Assembly (NCBI GenBank): GCA_002269645.1
Contig: NIVC01000061.1
Location: forward strand, 1,116,001-1,180,000
DNA from: Macrostomum lignano
Taxonomy: Eukaryota
Direction: 5' to 3'
DNA length: 64,000 nucleotides
Position numbers and translations under genes: made by a program. Positions 34,401 to 46,400 of the stretch are shown one piece after another. Each line of letters begins with the position of its first letter. The stretch's first letter is position 1. The notes under the pieces are model-generated. The model had not been told where the DNA came from and did no database searches. It saw only the letters and a list, made by a program, of their open reading frames with translations.

Positions 34401-37400
34401 AGTCAGACACTTTGATTTGAGAGTCAGAAGACTCTATTTACTGAGAGTCAGACACTATTCACTGAGAGTCAGGCACTATTCACTGAGAGTCAGACACTAT
34501 TCACTGAGAGTCAGGCACTATTCACTGAGAGTCAGACACTATTCACTGAGAGTCAGGCACTATTCACTGAGAGTCAGGCACTATTCACTGAGAGTCAGGC
34601 ACTATTCACTGAGAGTCAGGCACTATTCACTGAGAGTCAGGCACTATTCACTGAGAGTCAGGCACTATTCACTGAGAGTCAGACACTTTGATTTGAGAGT
34701 CAAGACACTTTGATGTGAGAGCAAGAAGGCTCACCTGAATAATGTGATCGGCAATGATGGCCTGCGCCCGGCCGCCATCTCCGCTGCCACCCCCGCCAAC
34801 ACGCCTGCCAGAGCCAGACGCCCGGGCATCGCTGTCAGCAGCCTCAATCGGCAGTCCAACAGAAGCGTCCAGACGGAATATTTTCCTGTCCGTGGCAACA
34901 AACAGGGGGCCATTGCGCGCGTAGGCAACAGCATGACAGGCCTGGTCAGCTAAGCTGGGTATCCCAGTCTCGCGTCCATTGATGATGATTGAGAGGCCAG
35001 ATCTCTGGCCAATCACTGCGACCAGGTCTGAGCCCAGCTGTTGCCGTTGTTCAACTAAATCATTAGGTTAGAAAATTTATGAGATTACAAACTGTTCTTT
35101 CTAGGCTGAAAGTTGCAAAAACCAATTTGCCTCTTCCCAGTTAAAATTCAGTGCTTGAATAATTTGTGCCACAGCATGTCTGTACTGTCACAGTATATCA
35201 GCTTTAATTTAACTTCATTCTGTACTTTCTATAGTTTATACTTTATTTAACCATCACTACTTTATCTGAACATTGTCCATCGTAGAAACAAAATAAACTA
35301 GCAAAAAAGTGTCTATATAGAGTATAGACAGCATCCTATGTGGAAAAGCAAATTGATTGGTATGTTTCTGTTTCTAAATGAATCTAAGCCTCAAATTAGA
35401 AACTTAAATAAAAAACAATAAATTTTACATTTATAATACAAATATAATATATGTATATCTATAGACATCTATTTTTGCTAAATTACTATTAAGTGTAAAG
35501 ATTTGTCTTTTGATATATAAAAAGGTATACCATTCTACCTCCTATTTTGAACAGTCTTATTCAAAAAAAACAAGCAGAACTTCAATGTAAACAATTTAAG
35601 AAGTAACAGCCCTTGCGGAACTTCAATTCAAACAAAGTCCCTTTCTATTGAAACAGAAGAACTTTAATTCAGACAGTCCCTATAGGAAAAAGTTGTAAAA
35701 CCGCGGATGGTGTCCGGCGCACTTTTGAAATTTTTCTAAAGCGCAGCGCACGCACAGGCACATCGCCTGCACACACGCTGCCCTTTCTTACTGGCTGCTG
35801 CTCTAGCAAATACATATACATGGAAATGGGTATAATACCTCTGTTAAAGGGGCTTATACACTTGTAATTTATTAAGATTAGAGATGTTCGAAAAATTCAA
35901 CTTCAATTTTCCAAAATTTGAATTTTTTAAAGCAAATTTCAATTTAAAAAAAAATAGAAGTGAAAATTTTGGTAGTGTCTAAAAAGTTGCTAAAAATAAA
36001 CTACTTTCTACTACATATACATGTATTACTTTTTGGCTAAGCAGTAAATTGAAAGTAAAAAAGTGAGTGTTGATCATACTAACTTTTGTTTTTCTGAATT
36101 ATGATTTCAGGAAATTTCAATTTTGATTTTGGAAAGTTAGCAAATTTTGATTTCGACGAAACTGCAGATCTTTTGGAACATCTCTAATAATCCTAAAATG
36201 TGGTAAAATAGTTTGACTCTTTTCTAAAGCGCGCGTCCGCGGGTTTTCAACATTTATTCCAATAGGGCTGTCTGTGGCCAAAATTGTCCCTGAGTGACAT
36301 GCATGCGCAGATTTAAAATTCAAAAGAAACAAAGTCACATTCTATTTTGACAGAGATTCTTGCAGATAGATACATTTTATTACATTAATATAATTTTTGT
36401 TTTTTCCTGCACTGCACAACTGTACAATCATTGTGCAGCAAAAACAATATGCATGCTGAAGATCAGATTGAAGAAGACAATGAATTGCTAGAAAAAAGAG
36501 AATGCAAGAAAGGAAAAAGGAGAAGCAGAATTCAATGAAGATATTGTGGAATAGCAGCCTTGTCAGTACACTATTATAAGCAACAGTGACAGAGACCATA
36601 TCATCAAAGGCAAGGCTGCTGATTGTGGGAATGACATTGTGAAACTGGCGTGCCAACTTGGAGTCAAGAGGTCAATAGCATACACAATTGTGAGGTCGAG
36701 GAGAGCAGAAAAGCAGCCCAAGGGCAGAGCCAAACAATTCTAAAGTGTGATAAAGAAATTCAGGCCCATATACTTGGTTTCATCTAAGCAAATCTGCTTA
36801 TCACGCTAAAAGAAATGAATGCTAATCTGCACCAGCAAATCCTAGAAAAGCCCACATAATGGAAAATGATCAGCATTAAGCTTAATGGAGCTCTGTACAC
36901 CACTGAGCTGGCACAATATCTCCTTGCAGATCGCAATTCCCCTTGTGTGATCGAAGTGCAGAAAGAGTTTTGCAAGTGGCTTTGTTCTGTCGATGTTGTA
37001 TCTGCTGGCTAGTGGCTACAAGATTTTCAACAATGAATTTGGCTTCAATATCTGGATGAGACAATCAATAAAGCACTCTTGACATGGTGAATGCATATAT
37101 AGGCAAGTGGCTACTCAGAAGGGACTTTGAGTTACTATCTGCTTGCCCATTTATCTAGGTATCGGTGTTGTGCACTACCAAATTTATGATAAGGACATGA
37201 CTAAAGAGAAGTTTGGTGAGTTATTGCAGATCACCATCAGCAACTTCCAAGCTAGTTCCCAGTCTTGTATTGTTATATAGTTATCAACAATGCAAGTTCT
37301 CATAATGACATCAAAGACAAGATTCTGGACACCATTTAGGCCAAGCAGCTTCCACCATACAGTCCATTTTTGACTCCTATGGAGAACTCAATCTTCTATT

Positions 37401-38711
37401 GGAAGGCTGCTTTGAAGAGAGAACTGGTAGCAGATTAGCAAAAGTTCATTGCTCTGATAGCTAAGCAGCACAAGAATCAGTTGATGGTGGCCTATAAGTG
37501 AGACATTCTATATAACATGGTAGATAGAACCATTGGCTACATCTCTGTGGACAAGTGCACTGAGTGGTTCAACCATGTGTTTACATACATCCCTTATTGC
37601 CTTAGTGGTCAGGCAATTGATAGCTAGGTGTTGCAACTAATATTGTCTTGTTCCTATTTTTCATTTTACTCTTATGTTCATCAATTTATTGTGTTTTTAT
37701 CTATTGAGTCTTTGTCAAAATAGAATGTGACTTTGTTTCTTTTGAATTTCAAGTTGGCACATGCCTGTCACTTAGGGACAATTTTGGCTACAGATAGTCT
37801 GAATTGAAGTTCTTCTGTTTCAATAGAAAGGGGCTTTGTTTGAATTGAATTTTTGCAAGGGCTGTTACTTCTTAAAGTGTTTCAAAGTGTGTTGCCAATA
37901 GAAATAACTAAATGATTCCCAAGGTTGCCCATATATGAACCAAATACAAGTTGAACATACTAGTAAAAATGTTCAAGTGTAATGAAAATTATTTATTAAA
38001 AAATATAATTCAAAACTATAAATTTATATGTAAGCCCAAAAATCAAAAAGCAGTCAATGTGTAGATTTTTGACAAAAATGAAAAGAGCAAGTGGTTATTC
38101 TTTAGGTTTGATTTTTTTTTAAATGTTCAATAATAAATGGAAGTTATTTGAATGCCATAGTATAGATCATGCTAAGTGCATGCCCAAATAAAAATTGAAT
38201 AGTTACAATTGCATACCAAAAAAATTGAGTGTATGCTGATACTCTCAAATCTAGGTCAATATTGCAACAATAAAAATGACCTTTTTGACTGATAATTTGG
38301 TTATAATTTTTCTTCCTTGTCAATTGGGCCTACTATTTTTAGCAAAAAATCTATATGCTTAAACATTTGTTTTAATGCCTTATTGTATGCTTTTAGGTTG
38401 GGACTCTATTTTTGGCATATATCATCAGCCATCCCCAAAAAATCACTCTGGTATACACCTGACACTTTATTGACTATGACAATCAATACCAATGGTCGGC
38501 AGTCGGCACCCAACACTTGTTCAGTCAAAAAAATTACATATATCATATTTGGTGCATGAAACTTACCTGCAGATTTGTCACTATCAATGCTTGCAGAGTT
38601 GACTACAATCGAAGTTTTATCCTTGACTAATGCAAAAGCACAGTTAGAAATATAGTGCAGTGAGAGACAAGACATAATGAAAACAAATTGGAATTCATAC
38701 TTTTGCCACAT
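21293..38711 (-). CDS. LRP5/6: LRP5/6 (Arrow)-type Wnt co-receptor, ~2036 aa, 15 exons
   Basis: Phase-consistent exons 38711-38567, 35054-34735, 33565-33227, 32753-32390, 31681-31490, 30792-30366, 30189-30045, 29741-29455, 28972-28528, 28257-27932, 27251-26717, 25685-25100, 24647-24280, 23544-23173, 22552-21293 (6111 nt, in frame). Signal-like N-terminus; four YWTD-type propeller + EGF modules (e.g. [37 protein letters not shown]); LDLa repeats ([20 protein letters not shown]; [20 protein letters not shown]); [24 protein letters not shown]; cytoplasmic [10 protein letters not shown] and NPPPTP motifs diagnostic of LRP5/6. Exon 1 assignment is the least certain. Confidence 0.9.
22630..23040. 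repeat. Two adjacent minisatellites (20-21 bp and 14-15 bp) in LRP intron 14
   Basis: GGGGAATGAGGATTTGGATAT array, then GGGGGATAGGCATCT array. Confidence 0.95.
23582..24246. repeat. ~27-bp minisatellite in LRP intron 13
   Basis: GGGGAAGTGACTAGGGGGAGGATTATC. Confidence 0.95.
24722..25060. repeat. GA-rich tandem repeat in LRP intron 12
   Basis: GAGGGAGAGGGCGGA/GAGGCCAGA units. Confidence 0.9.
25730..26640. repeat. 40-bp minisatellite in LRP intron 11
   Basis: GGGCGATTATTACATGGCGATTCTCAAAGGCGGTTTTTGA. Confidence 0.95.
27272..27900. repeat. 22-bp minisatellite in LRP intron 10
   Basis: GTGTCAGACAATCAGTCAGTGG and older variants. Confidence 0.95.
28330..28510. repeat. (GACA)n microsatellite in LRP intron 9
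   Basis: Direct tandem GACA. Confidence 0.95.
29066..29335. repeat. 19-20-bp G-rich minisatellite in LRP intron 8
   Basis: GGGGTGAAGGGCGGT(T/C)(G/T)GT. Confidence 0.95.
29785..30030. repeat. (GACA)n/(CA)n microsatellite in LRP intron 7
   Basis: Direct tandem units. Confidence 0.9.
30843..31440. repeat. 32-bp minisatellite in LRP intron 5
   Basis: GGGATCTCATGGGGATCAGCTTCCCAGAATCC. Confidence 0.95.
31709..32330. repeat. 32-bp minisatellite in LRP intron 4
   Basis: CCGATACTTCAGGGATCCGCTACCCCTAC(T/C)CA. Confidence 0.95.
33598..34712. repeat. 21-bp minisatellite with higher-order structure in LRP intron 2
   Basis: CACTATTCACTGAGAGTCAG(G/A) with a recurring CACTTTGATTTGAGAGTCAGAAGACTCTATTTACTG variant block. 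Confidence 0.95.
35589..37885 (+). mobile_element. Decayed Tc1/mariner-IS630 (DDE) transposon with long TIRs in LRP intron 1
   Basis: Stop/frameshift-interrupted transposase ~36630-37480: [10 protein letters not shown] (cf. FxDESGF), NNASSH (cf. DNAxxH), [20 protein letters not shown] (cf. LPPYSPDLNPIE). Long inverted repeats: 35589-35677 plus 36268-36370 versus ~37690-37885. Exact termini not resolved. Confidence 0.8.
35678..36267. mobile_element. ~590-bp inverted-repeat element nested in the left TIR of the Tc1-like element
   Basis: Imperfect ~30-bp TIR CCCTATAGGAAAAAGTTGTAAAACCGCGGA / TCCGCGGGTTTTCAACATTTATTCCAATAGGG; it interrupts a sequence that is contiguous in the right TIR. Confidence 0.65.
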
Positions 38712-39854
38712 TTGTTATCTGAATTAAGCGGACTGATTCGTGTTTTCAGGATGAAGTATTATTTGCAGACATGGAACGCTGCACTGCAGTGCTAACTAGG
38801 CTTAAACTAATGAGCCTTATTTTTGGACCTGAAATAATCTTATAATATTACGAATAGACTTATGCTTATGATTATGTATATTTTTGAGTTGCGTTAAAAG
38901 GAATATATCACTATAGCGTTGCTTAATTAAAGTAAGTTCGGAGAAAATACTCATTTAAACTTTGGTGTTTTTAAAACAAAATAGTAAAACAATCTTTATC
39001 ATTCATTTGCAGTAAAAAAATTTCTATAACGATTTTCATTGCTTAATTAGTTAAAATTTTACTTTAAACATAAATTATTCACATTCGTATTCTCTAACAA
39101 GAGCTAGGTAGTTTTACAATGTAAATATATACACAGTACAACTAATCACGATCCTACAAACAAGAAATCGGCTAGCTTTTGAGGCTCATTGACTTACGCT
39201 GCCTGACTATGGTACATGAGAATAGCTATGAATGAGAAAGTGACAATCGCTTTTCAGAATAGCCAAAGTGATTCTCAATATCGTTCAGAAATGTTCAACT
39301 CAGTTATGACAATTTTTGCTCACTTGTCGAATTTCAACAAAGTAAAATATTATAATGCACTACATGTATTTTTTGTGCTCTAAAACTTGGCGCCAAGAAC
39401 AGCTGCTTAAAACAAAAAGCAAACGCATAACGTCTACGCTACGATATGCGGCGCCAACTTTCTATCCGCCCCCCGCAGTCCATCCAAGGACCACTGTATT
39501 ATTGAGTCCTACCATTCCACGAAGTCCTCTAAATCCCTGCACTCTCACGGGAAGGAACGGGCTGATTCTAAAGCAGGACACCTCTAATTGCATACAGGTT
39601 ACTTTTGCACTGTTGCAATTTAGCGCTTTCAACTTGAGCTTAATTACATTTAATTTTGCAACCAAACCGCAACTACGAGCCACCCTCACCCTCTTTATTA
39701 CTCGTATCAGCTTTTCATGCATGCAATAAATGGGCATGTATAGTAAATTTTATGTAAATTGTGTGTACTCATGGAAAATATTGCATGCATATAAATGTGT
39801 TCCAGCTTTATATTGAAGTATAGGGATCGGATAATCGCAAGCAGAACCTACAGT

Positions 39855-39985
39855 TTGGTGTCACCTTGATATAAGAAATGAATCTACTGGTACAACTTGG
39901 TGTCACCATTGATAGAAATGAATCTACTGGTACAACTTAATTGGTGTCACCGTTGAGATAGAAATGAACCCACTGGTACAACTTG
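39855..39985. repeat. ~40-bp tandem repeat, 3 copies
   Basis: TTGGTGTCACC..TTGA..TAGAAATGAA..ACTGGTACAAC. Confidence 0.8.
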
Positions 39986-40416
39986 GCAATTGTGGAATTT
40001 CTAAAATAAGGAACTCAAACCCAGCTCCGACAATATTCCAATAGTCGTATTGGCACGCCCATTGGCAACACATGTATCGACGCCCTTTGGCGCGTCTGAC
40101 AAAAATGTATCGATTTATCCTTGAATCGATTAGTGTACGTACATTACATACATTGTACTGGCTATCACTATTTGTGTACTCGGTAATTACTACTTGTACA
40201 TATGTGTGAAAACTTTAAAACACACGCCTGGTAAACTTCTGTTTTATCACGCCTGATGCCGGTTGCTTCATACTTGTACTTTCGAAGTATATCCAGATGG
40301 ATTTACAGTATAGAGGGACATTAGATGTACTTTACTGCATTGGAAAAGTGACGAATTAAACCATAAGTGATCCAAATAATGCTATTCAGCCACTTGAGAA
40401 CGTGCCGCAGGCCCAG

Positions 40417-43400
40417 TCAGACTGTCAGTACCTTCCCAGCCAATCGAACGTGATGCGCCAGGTCCCTCAGCTGCCTGTCAATCTCGGCCACCGTAGCGGT
40501 GCCCAATGGCAGCTCAGTCAGCAGGTCGGACAGTCCGGGGAACCGCACTCCACTGGGCTCCCGCGGATGCTTGCCCGAGGTGAACACCAGGTTGGCAACG
40601 TAGGGCTGGCGCGGCTGCCCCCGGCTAGCCAGGAAGCTCTGCGTCGCGCGCATCGCCGCATCGTTGATCCGACGAACGCTGAGGGGACTTCGGCGATCGA
40701 TGGTCTGCCTGTCCCAAGCGCTGGCCTGTAGAATTTTATCGTGAAAGATTTTTAGCATTTATGCGCTGAAAGTGAGCTTCTGCATGGCTATTCGACAGTG
40801 GGTAGCGTGTTATGGTTCTGGAGTCAGACAATGGTGGATTGTGTCTGTGGCTTTGGGGTCAGACAATGGTAGATTGTGTCTGTGGCTTTGGGGTCAGACA
40901 ATGGTAGATTGTGTCTGTGGCTTTGGGGTCAGACAATGGTAGATTGTGTCTGTGGCTTTGGGGCCAGACAATGGTAGATTGTGTCTGTGGCTTTGGGGTC
41001 AGACAATGGTGGATTGTGTCTGTGGCTTTGGGGTCAGACAATGGTAGATTGTGTCTGTGGCTTTGGAGTTAGACAATGGTGGATTGTGTCTGTGGCTTTG
41101 GGGTCAGACAATGGTGGATTGTGTCTGTGGCTTTGGGGTCAGACAATGGTAGATTGTGTCTATGGCTTTGGAGTCAGACAATGGTAGATTGTGTCTATGG
41201 CTTTGGAGTCAGACAATGGTAGATTGTGTCTATGGCTTTGGAGTCAGACCATGGTAGATTGTGTCTATGGCTTTGGAGTCAGACAGTGGTAGATTGTGTC
41301 TATGGCTTTGGAGTCAGACAGTGGTAGATTGTGTCTATGGCTTTGGAGTCAGACAATGGTAGATTGTGTATATGGCTTTGGAGTTAGACAATAAGCAATT
41401 GTGCACTCTCGAGTCAGGAGCAGATGGGTTAATTTAGACCCCAATAAAGTGCCGCAGCGCGTCAAAAGTGGGCACTTACAAAGCATAGCCTTCAAAAGCA
41501 AGTGTCCCGTGATATTAAAAGCCATAAACTTTTGAATATTCATTGATCCCTTGCACTGCCTTCCCTCGGGCTCATACTTAGAGGAAAATTTAAATTAGAA
41601 TCCCCGCCCGCACCTGCTGCTGAAAATACGTGACGCTGTCACCCAGGGCTGTCACCGCCGCCTTGAGCTCCGGCATCGCTCCGATTGCACTGCTGCCATT
41701 GACGCTGGCGAAGTATTTCTCCAACTCCAAAGCCGTGTTGCTCATGTTGAGCGCGTACGGCAGCAGGTACTCGTCTGTGAGCTGCCTGACCACCTCGGTG
41801 AGCAGTCTGGCCGACGACAGGTGCGCCTTGAATCCGGGATCAACGTAGGTGTCCACGTAATAGAAGCTTTCGTACCTGTTGCGATTGAGGTAGTCTGTGA
41901 GCTGCTTGTGTTGCAAGAGCTGCTGTGGAGCTCCTGACAATTGAAAGAATAAACATTTGCAGCAGGATTGTGGGCACTTTATTGAGACATCGTCCCGCAA
42001 CCAGCGCTGAGGATTGTGGGCACTTTATTGAGACATCGTCCCGCAGCCAGCGCTGAGGATTGTGGGCACTTTATTGAGACATCGTCCCGCAACCAGCGCT
42101 GAGGATTGTGGGCACTTTATTGAGACATCGTCCCGCAACCAGCGCTGAGGATTGTGGGCACTTTATTGAGACATCGTCCCGCAACCAGCGCTGAGGATTG
42201 TGGGCACTTTATTGAGACATCGTCCCGCAACCAGCGCTGAGGATTGTGGGCACTTTATTGAGACATCGTCCCGCAGCCAGCGCTGAGGATTGTGGGCACT
42301 TTATTGAGACATCGTCCCGCAACCAGCGCTGAGGATTGTGGGCACTTTATTGAGACATCGTCCCGCAACCAGCGCTGAGGATTGTGGGCACTTTATTGAG
42401 ACATCGTCCCGCAGCCAGCGCTGAGGATTGTGGGCACTTTATTGAGACATCGTCCCGCAACCAGCGCTGAGGATTGTGGGCACTTTATTGAGACATCGTC
42501 CCGCAGCTAGCGCTGAGGATTGTGGGCACTTTATTGAGACATCGTCCCGCAACCAGCGCTGAGGATTGTGGGCACTTTATTGAGACATCGTCCCACAGCC
42601 AGCGCTGAGGATTGTGGGCACTTTATTGAGACATCGTCCCGCAGCCAGCGCTGGGGCCGTTCTACACATTCCGCTGACTACTGAACAAGCGAGAGATAAC
42701 TGTACACACGCTCACACAGGGTGTAGTGGCCCTGACTGTCTAATCGGCAGGCATGTACACTCTCTGTGGCTTGGGGGCTGGCCCTCGTGGAGGCGAATCG
42801 CACAACCCCCAAGCCAATTTTTGTACAGACAAGCCCCAAATGAATGTGACCGCACACACACTCACTCACACACTCACTCACTCACTCACTCACTCACTCA
42901 CTCACTCACTCACTCACTCACTCACTCACTCACTCACTCACTCACTCACTCACTCACTCACTCACTCACTCACTCACTCACTCACTCACTCACTCACTCA
43001 CTCACTCACTCACTCATTCACTCACTCACTCACTCACTCACTCACTCACTCACTCACTCACTCACTCACTCACTCACTCACTCACACACTCACTCACTCA
43101 CTCACTCACTCACTCACTAACTCACTAACTCACTCACTCACTCACTCACTAACTCACTCACTCACTCACTCACTCACACACTCACTCACTCACTCACTCA
43201 CTCACTCACTCACTCACTCACTCACTCACTCACTCACTAACTCACTCACTCACTCACTCACTCACTCACTCACTCACTCACTCACTCACTCACTCACTCA
43301 CTCACTCACTCACTCACTCACTCACTCACTCACTCACTCACTCACTCACTCACTCACTCACTCACTCACTCACTCACTCACTCACTCACTCACTCACTCA

Positions 43401-46400
43401 CTCACTCACTCACTCACTCACTCACTCACTCACTCACTCACTCACTCACTCACTTACTCACTCACTCACTCACTCACTCACTCACTCACTAACTCACTCA
43501 CTCACTCACTCACTCACTCACTCACTCACTCACTCACTCACTCACTCACTAACTAACTCACTCACTCACTCACTCACTCACTCACTCACTCACTCACTCA
43601 CTTACTCACTCACTCACTCACTCACACACTCACTCACTCACTTACTCACTCACTCACTCACTCACTCACTCACTCACTAACTAACTCACGATCACACACT
43701 CACTCACTCACTCACTCACTCACTCACTAACTTACTCACTCACTCACTCACAAACTAACTTACTCACTCACTCACTCACTCACTCACTCACTCACTCACT
43801 CACTCACTCACTCACTCACTCACTCACTCACTCACTCACTCACTCACTCACTCACTCACTCACTCACTCACTCACTCACTTACTCACTCACTCACTCACT
43901 CACTCACTCACTCACTAACTCACTCACTCACTCACTCACTCACTCACTCACTCACTCACTCACTCACTCACTCACTCACTCACTCACTCACTCACTCACT
44001 CACTCACTCACTCACTCACTCACTCACTCACTCACTCACTAACTCACTCACTCACTCACTCACTCACTCACTCACTCACTCACTCACACACTCACTCACT
44101 CACTCACACACTCACTCACTCACTCACTCACTCACTCACTCACTCACTCACTCACTCACTCACTAACTAACTCACGATCACACACTCACTCACTCACTAA
44201 CTAACTAACTAACTCACTCACTCCTCACTCACTCACTCACTCAGTCACTCACTCACTCACTCACTCACTCACTCACTCACTAACTCACTCACTCACTCAC
44301 TAACTAACTCACTCACTCACTCACTCACTCACTCACTCACTCACTCACTCACTCACTTACTCACTCACTCACTCACTCACACACTCACTCACTCACTTAC
44401 TCACTCACTCACTCACTCACTCACTCACTCACTAACTAACTCACGATCACACACTCACTCACTCACTCACTCACTCACTAACTTACTCACTCACTCACTC
44501 ACACACTAACTTACTCACTCACTCACTCACTCACTCACTCACTCACTCACTCACTCACTCACTCACTCACTCACTCACTCACTCACACACTCACTCACTC
44601 ACACACTCACTCACTCACTCACTCACTCACTCACTCACTCACTCACACACGCACCTGACGTGGTACATCGGATAGAGCGAGGACTCCTTTGGGTCGGCCC
44701 GGAACATGATGTCTATGGCCGGGATCGAGGCCAACTCGATGAAGGCCGCGTAGTCCGAGCCACCGATAGGTGTCAACATGCTGTCCATGGCCGACTTTCC
44801 ATCGGCCCACCTGTCTGACCAGGTCTGGCCCATGCTCTTGCCGGGGTTCACCTCCTCCGGCAGGCTGTCCATCAGGGTCTTGGCGAAGTCGCGCAAACTC
44901 GGCATGGCGCTTGTCCGCATCGAGTAGTTGCCAGCCGCTGCGATGTCGATGTTGACGTACGCAACTACCGACTGCGGGTTGGATGGGAGGGGTGATGGGC
45001 CTGAGACTGGACTTGATACGCCGGAGAATAGACTTGATGCACCGGAGAATAGACTTGATGCACCGGAGAATAGACTTGATGCACCGGAGAATAGACTTGA
45101 TGCACCGGAGAATAGACTTGATGCACCGGAGAATGGACTTGATACGCCGGAGAATAGACTTGATGCACCGGAGAATAGACTTGATGCACCGGAGAATAGA
45201 CTTGATGCACCGGAGAATTGACTTGATGCACCGGAGAATAGACTTGATGCACCGGAGAATAGACTTGATGCACCGGAGAATAGACTTGATGCACCGGAGA
45301 ATAGACTTGATGCAACGGAGAATAGATTTGATACACCGGAGAATAGACTTGATGCACCGGAGATTAGACGTGATACACCGGAGAATAGACTTGATACACC
45401 GGAGAATAGACTTGATGCAACGGAGAATAGACTTGATACACCGGAGAATAGACTTGATGCAACGGAGAATAGACTTTATATTGCAAAAGAGTAGAATCGA
45501 TCGAGCCTTGGTCTCTGCAGAGGTTTAAAAGTGTGATAAGCACTTCAAAGAAATAGAAACAGCACCAACATCCTTGAGAATCATAAGATTCTCCTCCACG
45601 AACTCCCAGCTGCCGATGAGGCCGTGTTCCTCCCCGTCCCAGGTGCACAGCATGATCGACCGCCTCGGCTTCCATCCAGTGGCCAGCAGGTTCGCCAGCA
45701 CCTCGCTGAACTCCATCAGCACGGCCGTGCCTGAGGACGGGTCCACAGCTCCGAAGCCCCAGGCGTCTCGGTGGTTGCCGACGATCACCCACCTGCGGAT
45801 GGGAGGATGGGCCATAGACTCAGCCTAGGGATTGACTGTTGGCTATAAGATCTAGAAGAAGGGGCTTCACGCTTTGAGTGCCCACCTCAAAGGCACAGAG
45901 TGTACATGTCAGACAATGAGAAAGGCAGGACTGCTGTACACCATGTGGGAGCGTGTAGAGCAAGTCTGGGCATGGCTGCTTATTTCCTGGCTGACTATGG
46001 GTTCAAAGTCCAAAGTCCTCTGCAAACTAAGACTAGAGCAGGCCATAAACTAGACATGAAGTAAGATAGACGATAGACTACGTAAATTAAGATAAACCAT
46101 AGACTACAAATAAAATAGGATAAACCATAGACTACACATAAAATAGGATAAACCATAGACTACACATAAAATAGGATAGACCATAGACTACAAATAAAAT
46201 AGGATAAACCATAGACTACACATAAAATAGGATAAACCATAGACTACACATAAAATAGGATAGACCATAGACTACAAATAAAATAGGATAAACCATAGAC
46301 TACACATAAAATAGGATAAACCATAGACTACACATAAAATAGGATAGACCATAGACTACAAATAAAATAGGATAAACCATAGACTACACATAAAATAGGA

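Noticed and set aside
38406-38566. Second half of ORF 38406-38711 as coding or as a decayed LDLa exon
   Set aside because: A strong CAG|GTAAGT donor at 38566 makes it intronic; the resemblance to LDLa needs stops and is too weak.
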